Below are positions 1 through 12,670 of a stretch of DNA of 34,674 nt, piece by piece. The notes under the pieces were generated by a model. It was not told the DNA's origin. It worked only from the letters and a program-made list of their open reading frames with translations, and did not search any database. The stretch is from Saprolegnia diclina VS20 (lineage: Eukaryota), in assembly GCF_000281045.1 (NCBI RefSeq), contig NW_008246073.1, positions 470,970 to 505,643 on the forward strand, written 5' to 3'. The translations under genes were made by a program, and so were the position numbers. How positions within the stretch are numbered: the first letter of the stretch is position 1; each line of letters opens with the position of its first letter.

Positions 1-802
1 TAGTAACGTTAGAAGACGACGCGGTCTTCAATGTGCTAGTACTCTTGCTACGTGCTGGTACCGTCCGTGCACTTGTCGGTTTGCAGCAGGAAGGTATTCA
101 CTCACAATCGCTGAGACTCCGCTTGAGGTAGGAAAATGCAATTCCATCGGAGGGGAATCTCGATTGTGTCGCTGCGAGTTTTGTCGTCGAAGTCCATTTG
201 AATTTGTTTGGTCGCTAGTATTAGTACAGTGCAGGAGTTGACCTAGTCGACTTCAAACGCAGCGTTTCCGCGTCGCCGCCTCGTGTCTCTACACGTCTTG
301 GTACCAAACCAAGACGACGTATTGATAAGTGCGGGAGTGTAGTCATGTCCCGGGCATGCTGTTCGTGTAAATGACGCTTAGGTTGTGTCGCGACGAACAG
401 ACAACTTGTCATTCGTCGACCGCACGAAAGACACCCATGCGGGAGAGGGATCGGCATATACTGATGCGCCGGTTACAGAAAAAGGTCATGGTGTTTAACG
501 CGGGGCGAAACGTTTTTCTCCGCCAGTCGTGCAGACATACTGTATGGCGTCCTAGTATCTCTTCCTACGACTGCGTCGTGCAAGCTCCGCGGGTCGAATT
601 GAGACTGCTATTGAGACCGTCTCATCCTTGTGGCATGGGATATCCACGATCCGTCTTAAAGCCAGAGTAGAACGTAGAATAGTCAAAAATGCGTAAAACA
701 TCACAAGACATGGGTAGAAATCTATTGCAACGTTTAACGTAGTGCGTCAAAAGCGTTTAACGCACATCGACAGGCGGCCTGCCATTTCTGAAAATCGGCG
801 TC

Positions 803-1534
803 ATGAGCGCGCTGTACTTAGAGCTACCGCCGACAGGTCGGCGTCGTGCGCACCACGTTGCGCTCAGGCTTGCGTAGGCGCCGAGTCGGCCAAGGTCGTG
901 ATTCGCATCGACCCGATGCAGGTACTGCTGGGTCTCAGCTCAGGCGACCTCTCGGAGATGGCCGTGCCCGGTATTTACGTGCCGCTGGACTTTCTCGAGT
1001 CGCTCGACACGAACGCCTCGGTGCACGACGCGTGGGAGAAGGCGCAACTACAGGCATCTACTCTATTGCGTGGACAATGGCTCATTAGGACACGTAGGAG
1101 GCGCGCGAATGCGCTGATATCACCAATCAAGACATTGTGACGCAGATTTCGCTGACGTACCCCGTCGTCTTTAGCACCACGATGGGCTTCATCGCGGGCT
1201 ACGCTCTCAAACACATTGGCCACATCATCGGCGTCCTCGGCATTGCAGCCATCGCGTCTTCCGAGGGTCTCGTCGAGATCCACTGGAAGCGCATCAAAAA
1301 GTATTTTGCGCTCAATGCGCTGGTCGCGGCGCCGGCGTCGACGTCGCTGAGTGTTGTCGAGATCTGGGACGACTTGACCAAGAGCTTCCGAAAAGAGAAG
1401 CGCCCGCGTCGGCCACCGCCGCGCGTGCTCTCACCAGGTTGGTCATTTTGGAATGCATTAAGGCTGTCTACTATCGCAAATGTCTACTAGGGGGCTTCCT
1501 CGTCGGGCTGATACTCGGGCTGCGGCACCGGTAG
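803..1534 (+). CDS. FUN14-family (FUNDC-like) mitochondrial outer-membrane protein, 4 exons
   Basis: ATG at 803; predicted introns 837-877, 1054-1097 (GC-AG) and 1438-1490. The spliced product contains GFIAGYALKHIGH...EGLVEIHWKRI and ends GGFLVGLILGLRHR*, which matches the FUN14 pattern. Confidence 0.75.
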
Positions 1535-1539
1535 TTGTT

Positions 1540-4500
1540 CTAGTTCATGCGGCCGATGCAGTTGACGGCGCCGCAGTCGCACTTGATCGCTTCGTCCTCG
1601 ATCGGAAACTTGTAGTCGTACGTGACCTCGTCGCCGACGTGCAACGTCTGCTTGGCGAAGATGATGATCTTCTTCTCGTTTCCGTCGATCGTGATGATGC
1701 GCGCATTGGCCTTGGGCTATGGACGCAAACCTTAGTAATAGCACCTAGTATTCTTTGCAGTGGTGTACGTTGCAAGAGTGGTTGATGAAGCGCGCGAGGT
1801 TGCCCGTGCGCGTCGCGTCGACAATCGTGTCAGCGTCGAGCCGAAACATGTAGCAGCTTCCAATGCCCATCTCCTCGTATCTAGAGCACATTGAGTGATC
1901 GTAGTCGCCGCGCGAGGACGCATACCTTTTCTCGCGGCAGTCGGCGACCTTTTGCCGGATCGCTTGCCCTTGGTATTCGACAATCATCTTGCCTTCGGCG
2001 ATCTTTTCCTTGACAAAGAGCCCGTAGCCGTGGATGCGCGACTTGCGCACCTCGAGGCGCTCGTCAAACGGACGCTTCCGTAGCTCGCGGTACTGCATAG
2101 CGATCGGAAGCTGCTCCAAGTCGACGCTCGGCTTGTTGGCGTTGTTGCTGTTGGCAGCGATCGGCTCGTCTGCGTGCTTTGAGAGTCCAACTGTCCGGCT
2201 TTTCTTCTTGGTCGAGGGCTTGATCGCCTTGGACTGCTGCCATCCAAGGTACCCGTCGGTGCGGATGCTGCCCGACGACTGCTTGGCATGCTCGCGCATC
2301 GAGCGCAGCCGCTTGAGGTCCGTTCGCGCCTCGTCAAACGTGGCCTCGGACGGCAGCACGTGGCAAAACACGTACGGAAGCGGGTTGGCCACCGGGTCGT
2401 AGAGGGCGCAGGTCGGCGCCATCGGCAACGCCTCCAAGGCCGCGCCGACGACAGGCACCGTGAGGCCAAAAAAATGGTCGCCAACCAGGCCGTACGAAAA
2501 CCACGACGTCCGCCGAAGGAACGGGTTCCAGCCGACGCTGAAGACGCGCTGCGTCTCGTAGAGCGCCAAAAGACGGCTTCGGAGTTGGTTCATGGCGTCT
2601 AGGATAGCCTTGATACAAAATCACGATTCGATTGCGTACCGTTGGGCGAGACGCCAAAGATTGGGTTGTCCTTGTTGTCGGACGGTGTGATGCGAAAGAG
2701 CGGTGTCTTGGTCGGCGACAGAAGGATGTCGCACTCGTAGAGACAGCGCGTCTGGACCGTCACGGCACTCCAAAAGATGCGCGTGCTCCGGTACCCGATC
2801 GGGTACAATGTTGAGACGGTGTGGCACGCGTCGTTGCCCACCTCGATGGCACCGAGCGCGTGAACGGTGAGCGCGCCGATGCGGTAGCAGACGCCCTTGG
2901 CCAGCTGCGTTTTGCTGAGCTTCTTGGATTTGCCACTCGTTGCTTCCTGCTCGCACATGAGAAACCGAAGCGGCTCCACGCCAGGCGTCGGCGTCTCGAG
3001 CGTTGCCGTCGCCACAACGTGATCGACAAGGTCATTCAAGCATGCCGTCACATCACATGCCAGCATGGATTCCCCGTCCGTCGCTTCGCAGCCCGTGGTC
3101 GCCGTCTTGAGTTTCTTGCGCGCCGCGACGTCGTCGTCACGCTTGCGCTTTTTGCTGTGTGTCTTTTGAACGTGGACGCGCCAGTGGTCGGCGCAGAACG
3201 CTTGGTTTTCCGTCGTGAACGTCAGATGCGGCGTCGCGCAGTGCAGATGATAATTAAGCTGACACCGGAGCCCATGACAGCCTATTGTCGCGCCGCTCAA
3301 CAAGCACACTGCGCAACGGTACGTGCGGCCGCGGAATCGAGCTTTCTGGCACATCTTGAGCACGCCATAACTGTCTTCGTAGACCTCGGACGACCACGAG
3401 ATGCAGTTGACGTGCACCCACTGGTCGAAATCCGCAAACACGAGTCGCCCCGCAAACGCTGGGTCGTCCCCCGACTCGCGGCACAAGCCGCACACGCGCG
3501 GGTCCGTAAAAGCCCCGAGCGTCGACGACCAGTCGCCCCAGTCGCGCAGTGGCGGCGCAAACGTCATTTTCGCCAGTGCCGTGTGCACGGGCATCTCAGG
3601 CACGCGCATCGGCTTTGGCGTAATCTCTGCAACGGCGGTCTTCGTTTCGATCTCGGCAGACGCGTCACTGCCCGTGTCGACGTCGTCCAGAATCTCAATC
3701 ACGCTCGGCGACACTGGGGCGTCAGGTAGTGGTGGTACCTCGTCGACATGCGGCTTGGTGGTTTGCTGCTTCCGGCGTGCATACTCGTTGGTGATGGCGG
3801 CGACCTCGGCATCAATCGAAACAGCGCTGCGATCGACGAGCGCATCCGAGAGCCGAGCTGGAATGTCGTGGCTCGCGAGGAGTCCGGCTGTGAAGAGGCT
3901 AACGCGCTTCGTTCCATAGAGCCACGTGCAGCAGGCTAAGAAGGACGCAGCCCCGACTGCTTCCGACACAATGTGCGCGATCGCCGACGGCGTTGACGCG
4001 ACACCGTCCACCGTGAAGAATTGTTGCTTCTTGCGCAGCTCTCGACGCGCGGCAGCACGGGGACCCCGAGAGTAGCGCTTGAAGCGGATGTAGCGGCTAG
4101 CAGCTTGCCGCAGTGCAATCGGGATCATGCTCTCGGAAAATCCCGTCGACGGTGGCTCGACAAGGAACGAGATGCGACGCCCCGAGAGCGCTTTCAGGCA
4201 ATCTTCACCGCAGCGCAAGATGTAGAGGTACAGCGGCGCGTAGTTGCGCCAATGGTCGTACTGCCGCAGCGTCTGGCGCAGCGACTGCTGCGACTCCCAT
4301 GCGAGCGTGATTTCCTGCCGCTTTTCTTGGATGAGCGCAATGTTGAGCTGGAGGCCCCACGCTTGCCGGAAGGCCCTGAGGTGTTTTCGCTGCTTCTTGC
4401 GGCAATGAGGACAGTAATACTCGCTCTCGTCCGTGAGCGACGCAAGCGTCTCTTCCGTAATGTTGTCGCAAGCAGGATGCCCCCAGGACTGGCAGCCATC

Positions 4501-7500
4501 GCACTGTATGAGCGTCTCGGACTCGGACCAGCGTTTTTGGCAGCCTGGACACGTGTTGTTATCGCTGCCGCCGCGCGACCGGGGCTTGCGCGGCGCACCG
4601 AGCAGTGAGTCGCGGGCAGAGTCGTCCATGCAGCCGATGCAGCATGAGACGCTTGGGCTCCACGACGCGCTGTCCTGGATCTCGTGGCACGTCTCGCACT
4701 CGACGCAGTTGCCACACACAAAGCCCGTCGACGGCACGTCACGCAGTTTTGGGCGGAGGCAGAACGTGTGACACCCACGCTCGCAAACATCGCAGACTAA
4801 GAGCTTGGCTTCGTCCTTGTTGGTGCCACAGAGCTCACACAGCTTGCAGTTGGGGCAGCGCCAGAACGCCTGCAGCTTGGTTTGCTTGGCAGGGTTGTTC
4901 GACACGTCCAGCGGCGGGTGGAGGCAAAACTGGTGGTACGCCTCGCCACAGTCGATGCAAAATACAAACTTCTCGGACACGCCCGTACTGCAGCAGACGG
5001 CGCATGCATCGCACCATGCCAGTGCGTGCGCTTGTGCCAAAGACTGCGTCGCGACGACGCTGGCCACGCACGAGTATGGCTTGGGCACAATGCCCAGCTC
5101 GGTCGGAAGCTTGAAGAGGTCCAGGCGACCGACATCCGTCGTTGGCCCCGACGCCGCAACGTCGACTTCTTCTTCTGACCCGATCGAGGGCGACGGCACA
5201 TGCAGCGGAGAGTCCGTGGGCGTACCGAGACCATCGTCTGTTTTCGTCTTGGCCAACATGGCGTTAGCAAGCGTTGGACCGGCACCACCCGTGGACGTGG
5301 GCACGCCGCTTTCGTCCTTCGTTATAAGCGTCGAATTATTGGGCAATTGACGCTTGGCCGCAGCAGCGATGTTCTCCGAGAACTTGCCGTTCGGCACGAG
5401 GAGCACGGACGGAAGCAGCTGCCGCAGGAGGCGGGCGCCGGCGTTGTAGAAGCGCCACGCCTCTCGCCACACGAGGTAGTCTCGTTCCTTCGAGTTGAAT
5501 GTCACAGCGTTCAAGCACAGAAGCTCAAAGTGGTCCCGAAAGTCTGCGCCGAGGCCGTGAACATACGCGCGCTCCTTTAGCTGCCGCGCCATCGTGCTGA
5601 GGTCCATCGGCGACTTGATGATGTCAAAGTACGTCGGCGCGATCTCGACAGTCACGGGCTCGCTAAAGATGCCAAATTTGTCCTCAGCGCGCAGCGCGTG
5701 AAGAAGCTTGTAGAGGCGCAGCTGACGGCAGCTGGCACATTCGTACTTGGCCATCGTCCGCGGGTCGTACTTCGGCTTGAAGCTCAGTGCGCGCGCCAAC
5801 CGGTCGTCAAGCCACTTGCGCTTCAGCTTGTCGGTCCCAATGTCGTCGGGGCACACGTCGCTTGGTTCAATCGCGCCCACGCTGAAGTCCAGGATCTCAC
5901 TCTCGGCTGGGGTTGCGTGGTACATGGGATCTTGGTCCGGCTCGCAAGCGCTGTGCGCCCACAGCTCGCACGATGTGCACTGAAGCACGTCGGCACAGAA
6001 GCCGTCGCGGCCGTGCAGTTTGTGACACACGGGACAGTACTGCTGTGCCGCATACTCGATACTGCACTTGGCGCAGAGGTAGAGACGCGCAAGCTTGGTC
6101 TCGAAGAGCTGCCACGCGTCAACGTCGGAGGCGCCACAGCCGTCGCACGACCGGCAGCTGGCACAGACGTACGGGATTTCAAGGTCTCCAACGAGCTCTG
6201 TCCCGTCCTTGTCGAGGACCGGAAATCGCTCGTAGGGTGGCGAGATACACGCTTTGTGCGTGGTGATGGCGCAGGCGCTGCACGCGATGACGGACGCCGA
6301 TTGCAGAGGGAAGAGGCACGTCGCACAAGTCGGCGCATCCTCGTTTGTGGGTGGCACGTTGACGTCGAGACCCGGGTCATCGCTCCCGCTGGTCTGGAGT
6401 TGGAGGACGGCGTCGGCGTCAAGGTACCATTGCATCGAGAGGTCGGTGTACGAGAGGTGGCACTGCCACGTCCACGCCGTCGAGCGAACGCCCTCGGTGG
6501 TTGCAGGCGTCGGAGGCGACACGACGACGCTGGAACCTTCTTCGGTCTCGAACCAGTAGTTGTCGCCATTGCCCGGCACCTTGTCCATACGCGTGATGCG
6601 TCCCACAAGCGTCGTCTGTGTCGCGTAATCAACGATGCCAACGCGCTTGCCGACCCAGTCCGCGCCGACAAAGTGTTTTTGGATCTCACGCGCGAGCCCA
6701 TCGCGAGCGTCCTGGACGATTGCTACGAAGCGGTCATTGGCTCCGTGCGCTGTGTTGACCGCGCTTTGCCACGCGACGTCTTCTCTATATGCGTCGGCGG
6801 CGTCGGTGGCGAGCCACTTGTCGAAGGAGCGCAAGGACGAGAGCGGACACCACACCACACGCGTTTCGTCGTCGCCCGCCGATGTGTACAAGAGCACAAG
6901 CGCGTCTGCTTCCTCCTTCGCTGCGCCAAAGAGAAGCTTTGCTGGGTCGTTGAGCACCATCTTCTGTGCAGGCCACCATTGGCGCTCGAGGTGCAGAAAG
7001 ACGTTGGTGTTGGTGCCGACAGCCACTGGAAGGGAGTGCAACGGCAGCCACTGCGTCGTCGCGTCACAAAAATTGACGCGAAAGAGCAATCGGTGCAGGT
7101 CCAGCGCCATGACGTCACCAATGGACCACGGTGCGTCATCCTGATGGCGAATCAAGACGCGCCGCCCGACGTACTGGTGAAGCGTCTTGAGTTGCTTGGC
7201 GTCATCGATGCGTTTCATCCGCTCCGTGAGCGGCTCTGGGATCACGATGCGGAGCGGCTGCCGCGACACGCTGTCCAGCGACGCATCTGCGGCTCCCTCC
7301 TCATCTTCATCGTCGGGCTCATCATCACTGACGTGAGGCGATGCTCTGGGCGTGCTTCCTCGGCTGCCACTGCCCTTGCGGGGTTTTTTGGGCTTGGGCG
7401 ACGCCTTGCTCTCTTTCGGGAAGCGCTTTCCAGACTTGGAGGTGGTCGGTTGCGGCGGCGCGGTGCGGCTGTTGTCCCTTTTTAGTCCGTCACCGCTCGA

Positions 7501-8558
7501 TGGAGACGCATCGCGCTTGCGCTTCCGCGACGTCTTGGCCGCTTTCGTAGTACTGTCGCTGTCGTCGTCTAGCGCAAGATCGATGATCTCGTCCGGCTTC
7601 AATGCTGGCTTTGGCGCCTTGCGTGGCCGAGACTTCGCTGCGTTGTCGTCCATCTCATCACTTTCTATCGCGCTGGTGTGGTGGGTGACGTCGCAGTGCA
7701 CGCAGAACCATTGTCCAGACGGTACAACTCGCATGTCGAGATGCGCCATCGAGAACTCGCCTGAGCAGCTGTCGCAGAGCACAACCATCGCGTCGTCGAG
7801 GGGTTCGTCAAGAGGAATGATAATGTGGTCCGCGCGCCCACCGCGTTGACGACTACCCCGGCGAGGGGCTTTGTCGCGCTCGTTCTCAAAGCAGGATGGG
7901 CACTGCCATCGGCCCTTGCTCACGCTCGGCAGGCATAGCGTATGTGCCGTCGACACGAGGCACGCGCAGCACTTCATAATGTGCATCTCGGGGATCGTTG
8001 TCAAGCCGCAAGAGGAACACACGCCATCTGTACTCATGGGCAAGTCGTCAGACTCGGACTGCTCGAGCGGGCTTGCACCGAGACTCCCCTTCAACATCAC
8101 AGCATGAGTCAATGTATGCATGTAGCGTGAGCTGCATACCGTCGAGAGCAGAGACGGCGATGTGGCTTTCGTTGCCACACTTTCAGCTGCCATCTAGACA
8201 TGTCCAAGTGGCCCATCAGCATGCATACTTGCCAGCGTGCAACACGAACCTCGTCTGTATCGCTGGGCGAAGACGCGTCGTCTTGTACTGGCGCTCCTTG
8301 CATGCGGTCCCAGAGCTCGTCCGCTTCTTCGTCGTTATTGTCGCCGTCTTCAATGATCTTCTTGACTGTTTCGGCCAGGAGGAGGCCGCGTTCGGGCTTG
8401 AGCCGTCCCGAGCAGCCCGAGCAGGTCCATGAGGTCTTGGTTCGGCGCTTGTTGCGCACGCAGGGCGCGTGGAAGGTCCCTCTGCAGGCGGAGCAGCGCC
8501 ACTCGTCGTCGGCGCCGTCGGCCACGACCCGATGGCACTCGTCACAGGAGCGCTGCAT
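1540..8558 (-). CDS. Trithorax/MLL(KMT2)-like histone H3K4 methyltransferase: multiple PHD fingers, bromodomain, extended PHD, FYRN/FYRC, SET, post-SET
   Basis: ORFs 8109-8558, 2599-8193, 1745-2593 and a last exon ending at 1540 join through short GT-AG introns. Motifs: several PHD fingers, bromodomain ([19 protein letters not shown]), ePHD (WVHVNC), FYRN ([14 protein letters not shown]), SET ([25 protein letters not shown]) and post-SET ([13 protein letters not shown]). The start codon is uncertain. Confidence 0.92.
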
Positions 8559-9015
8559 GCGGGGTGTAGCAGCAGGCGCTTTGATCCGCTCAATAATTTT
8601 CGAATGGTGGGCCTATTGTATTATTGTTGACGCTTTTCGCGCTGGTTTCCGACAGCGCATTTTTAATGCGAGTCGTTTTTTTTCAATGCAAAACCCCTAT
8701 ATAATCAATAAATTATGGTGAAACTCGTTTTATATTTGGCGCTGGCTGCATTCTATGACGGGGAACTTAACGTCTATTGCACGTCAAAAGCTTGGGTTGG
8801 TGTGTCGGTTGGGATCTTTTTGGCGCGTACTAGTACACAGCGCACCAGCGCCACGAGCCATTGGACTTTGTCGCAAGAAGCGCTCTTGATGCACGGAACG
8901 TAGAGTGTCCGCCGCTTCCCCGCGGTCGGGCCACTCGGAGCTGCTCTGGGATTAGAGATGGAGAGGCGCGTCGACGGTGTCGAGAATCACCAACCGACGA
9001 TGACGATGGTCTGAT

Positions 9016-10448
9016 TCATGACAACTTCACGCATTGTCTATGAAGGAGACGACACAGCAAATAATGGAATGCCTTTTCTTTATATGTTGACAGCAATGCT
9101 TGTAGTTGTGTTGCTACGCAGTAGACGGCGCATGTCCAAAGGACCGAGTGCTGTCGCAGCATGCGGCGCGGAGCCGCTCCTGGAGCCCCAGCGTCGTCGG
9201 TGCCACTTCCAGAGCGGTACAAATGTGTATGAGTTCTGTGAGAATTGTCCTCTTGAAGCGCTCGAGCGCGACATGCTCCTGCAGCAGGCGGTCACGCAGT
9301 TGCAACTCTGCAGCAAGAAAGGCTGCTTCTCGTGCCTGGAGTCGTCCATCTTCTTCGATAAGCGCCTCCAGAACGCGGATGTTCATGCATTTGAGGCGCT
9401 CAACTTCGGCGGCTTCGAGCTCATATGTGCGCTTTTGCTCCTCCGCGAGCTCGAGATTGAGTGCAACTTGCCGCAGGGCTTCATCCAGACGACGCTCCAT
9501 TGACGCCACTTGAAGCGCAAGGAGCGCCTTCTCGCGCTCATTTACGATTCGATTTTGCTAAATTGTACCATGAGAAAAAGTAATCAAGCTTTGGGTTCTG
9601 AACCTCGGCGAGAACGGCGCGCTCGTCCGTAAGCACACGCAGACTCGAGCACTCTTCTTGTGCCATCTGGAATAGCTCTTCCCATTCGGCAGTGCTGTGT
9701 ACGACAGGTGCTTGGTCGTACAAAGTTGGCGCGCAGCACTGCATGTGTCCATTTTGCGTCGATGGCGTCGTTGGCGTGCTGGCGGAACTGCCATCGGCTA
9801 AATTGAGGGTCGCGTGAGTCACCGCACCCGTTTGGGATACGCGTCCATACCCTGCACGGCCACGGAGGTACTCATCTGTGCAAGAGGTCGCCGCTGCAGT
9901 GCAGACCACTCGTGTAGTGTCAGAGCCCACACGCCGAGCTGCCGGTCCAATGCCGTGCCCAGCGGCGATGTTCCGTCCCAAGAATTGCAAAAAGTCGTAG
10001 GACCCTCTGTGATCACGGCGATGAAGGCGTCGAGGCGTCGGACCGCTGACACTACCGCTTGCAGCATGTCGGATTTTAAAACGTCGAGCTCGACCATACG
10101 CGCTTGGAGCTTCGCCGCAACGTCGCCTTCATCGCCGACCACAGTAAGCACCTCAGCACGCGACTCCTTTTTGCTTGGCTCTGGCTCGTCGTAGTCGCTC
10201 AGCGTAGAGCAATCAGAGAGAACACCATAATCTTCGTTGTCGTATCGGGAGGTGCTCGTGTCGTTGTTGTTGTCGTCGTCGGACTCTTCGTCGCTGCTAA
10301 GCTCGAGAAAGTCGGGGGCAGATAAGACTGGGTCGAGCTTTCTTGTGTCAAGGCGCTGTCGGCCTGGGAGCGTTGTTTGTCGAAGGCGCCTTGAAGATCG
10401 AAGCACGGCTTGCAGCTCGAGAGCAGCGTCGCGGACCACGCTGGCCAT
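9016..10448 (-). CDS. Hypothetical coiled-coil protein, multi-exon
   Basis: ORFs 9819-10448, 9538-9990 (part) and 9114-9509 join in frame through GT-AG introns at about 9799-9851 and 9559-9602. It has an acidic SSDEESDDD patch and a heptad-rich segment (ERRLDEALRQVALNLELAEEQKR). The 3' end is uncertain (9114 or 9016). Confidence 0.55.
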
Positions 10449-11247
10449 TGTCGAAGTTGCGCTCTATTCTTCGAATGGGATCTTTTCCAGCCGGTCAATT
10501 TGACTGCGTGGAATCTTCAGCGTCTGTGCGCTATGGTACACAGCGCATGGAGCTGTGTGTGTGTACAGTCATTATTGTTCAGAGCCATGGGGGTATGGAT
10601 CGCGCGAGGTCGGTCATGCACTGTTATCGGTGAAGGCTCCTTCGACAAGCTCTCCTCGCGCGATACTAGTAGCGTCTCCTCTTGTAATAAAATAAGGTCA
10701 GGACGCATAACCCGAGCTGTGAACATCTCACAATCAATTCTCGAGTGCTGCAGAGCACCCGAGCAGGAAGTGCGTTCAGGTACTGCACCGGTGGGCCCTC
10801 GAAGTCGCAGAAAATAGCGTGTCCATGTACGTACTACAGTACTGGTAATGAGCCGTATTGCGAGTGCCGTTGGTCGCTTGACCGTTGGTCCGTGCCACTG
10901 CAGCAAGTTCATGGAGGGTACAGTTTGCGCACGGGGTTGCACGGATCGCCTGGCGCCAATTTTTCCTTCTTGCTGGATGTTGCCACATGGCTCCATACAA
11001 ATCTTAAATATGGCATTCCACCCAGCCACTGCCCTAGTGCTTGGTGCATGGGAGAATCCACAAACAAGAAAGATATGGCTGGTCGACATTAGCGCCTGTC
11101 TCGCATTTTAGCCAATCAGATGACACGTTTCGATATGAATGAGTCCTATTGGTGCATGCAACGTTAAGTGTGTCCTTTTTGGCCAATCCAACGTGCGTTT
11201 CTAAGCGGTAGTAATGTTGAGCTGGTCATTCACCCGCCAGACGACAC

Positions 11248-12511
11248 ATGAGCCGCCTCAGGTGGCTGTCATTTCGGAACTGGCCTTCAACGAGCATGAA
11301 CAAAGGGACGAAGATCGCCATCGCGGGTACGACGCCTCGTGAAACTGCGTTAAAAAATCGTTCCTCGTGTTAGTGATACTGCTTCTCGGCGCAGTCTTCG
11401 GCATTCTCGGCGGCGTCGGTGTCTTCTCGTCGTCCACGTCCGTTTCTGACAAGGCGACCCCGGACAATCAAACCAAAGCAAACGGCTCGTCCACGTCACC
11501 GACGCCTGCGACGGGCACTGCTGCACCTGGCTCACTGCCCGACGTTGTTGCCAACTCGTCTGCCCGCGAGGGTCATCTGGACCGTCCCGCAAGCTGCAAG
11601 ATTGTGCCTCCAGGAAAGCGCGTCGCCGCCTTTTGGATGACAGAAATTGGTGGCTGCGAGACCGTACGTCACTACGCATTATTGAACCGATTTAGTCAGC
11701 TCTCTACCGTAGATCCCCGATGGCGTTACGCACGTCTATTTCGCGTTCGCCGAGATCCAAGCGGGCCTCGTCAACCAGTCGTTCCAGACGAGCGAAGCCA
11801 ACATGACGGCATGCGTCTCGGCGTTGCGCAAGTATGCGTTTAAATGATCACCTTTCGCGCGCTGAAGAGCCTCCTAGGCGGTGCATTCTGGTACTCGGCA
11901 GTATTGGTGGCGCCAACGCCAGCAAGTACATGAAGACCGTCAAGGACCCGCAGGCGTTTGCCGACTCGGCGATGGCGCTCATCAAGAAGTACAAGTTTGA
12001 TGGCATCGACATGGACGACGAGAGTGTCGGTCCCGAGTTTGACGGCGTGCGCGTCTTGGCGTACATGAAGGCCCTCTACGCGGCAATGAAGGCCAACGGC
12101 AACAACTACCTGCTCACGTACGACGCGTTCATGTACGAGGGCAACCTCGACACATGCAAGAGCGCAACGTACATTCGGTGTTGGCCCGTCGGCCTCGAGA
12201 AATACCTCGACTGGGTCAACGTCATGGCGTACAACATCAACGACAACCCCGCAAGCGCCAACGGCATGTACGCGGCGGCCACGAAGCCTGGTGACATCTT
12301 CTCGCGCTGGGCGACGCTCGTCACGGCACCAAAGGTCATGATCGGCACGTGCAGCCGCGACGGTGATGCCTACGGGCCATGCGCAAGCGCGGCGGTGGTT
12401 TCGCAGTGGACCAAGTGGGCCACCAACTATGGGGGTATGATGGTCTGGGCCGGCTCCAAGGACGTCAAGTACAACTACGAAGTGCTGACCAACATCATCA
12501 AGAGCCAGTGA
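11248..12511 (+). CDS. Glycoside hydrolase family 18 (chitinase-like) with N-terminal signal-anchor and Ser/Thr/Pro linker
   Basis: The spliced product is MSRLRW..MNKGTKIAIAVILLLGAVFGILGGVG, then a low-complexity stalk, then GH18 motifs VTHVYFAFA, SIGGA, intact catalytic FDGIDMDDE (DxxDxDxE), VMAYN and YGGMMVW. Confidence 0.88.
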
Positions 12512-12670
12512 GCATGGTGCATTTTTGGTCACTTGTCCAATGGACAAGTACAACTGATAACGGTTTCCATCAAATCGATGCATGCAATTTGTATTGCATC
12601 TTTAATTTGGCGCTTCACGCCTCTGTAGCACATGTACATACAAGGGATACAATACGCTTTTATGTTGGCG

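Noticed and set aside
294..316. 9-bp hairpin CGTCTTGGT-5nt-ACCAAGACG
   Set aside because: Isolated; no Helitron CTRR end at the expected spacing, no TSD and no other supporting context.
1..740. Short ORFs in the first 740 bp
   Set aside because: No recognisable domains or convincing splice structure; treated as intergenic or degenerate sequence.
5698..7485. 595-aa + strand ORF
   Set aside because: Antisense shadow of the GC-rich methyltransferase exon; Arg/Val-rich, with no recognisable motifs.
10517..11111. 190-aa and overlapping ORFs between the hypothetical gene and GH18
   Set aside because: No motifs and no consistent exon chain; possibly UTR/promoter (CCAAT boxes nearby) or decayed sequence.
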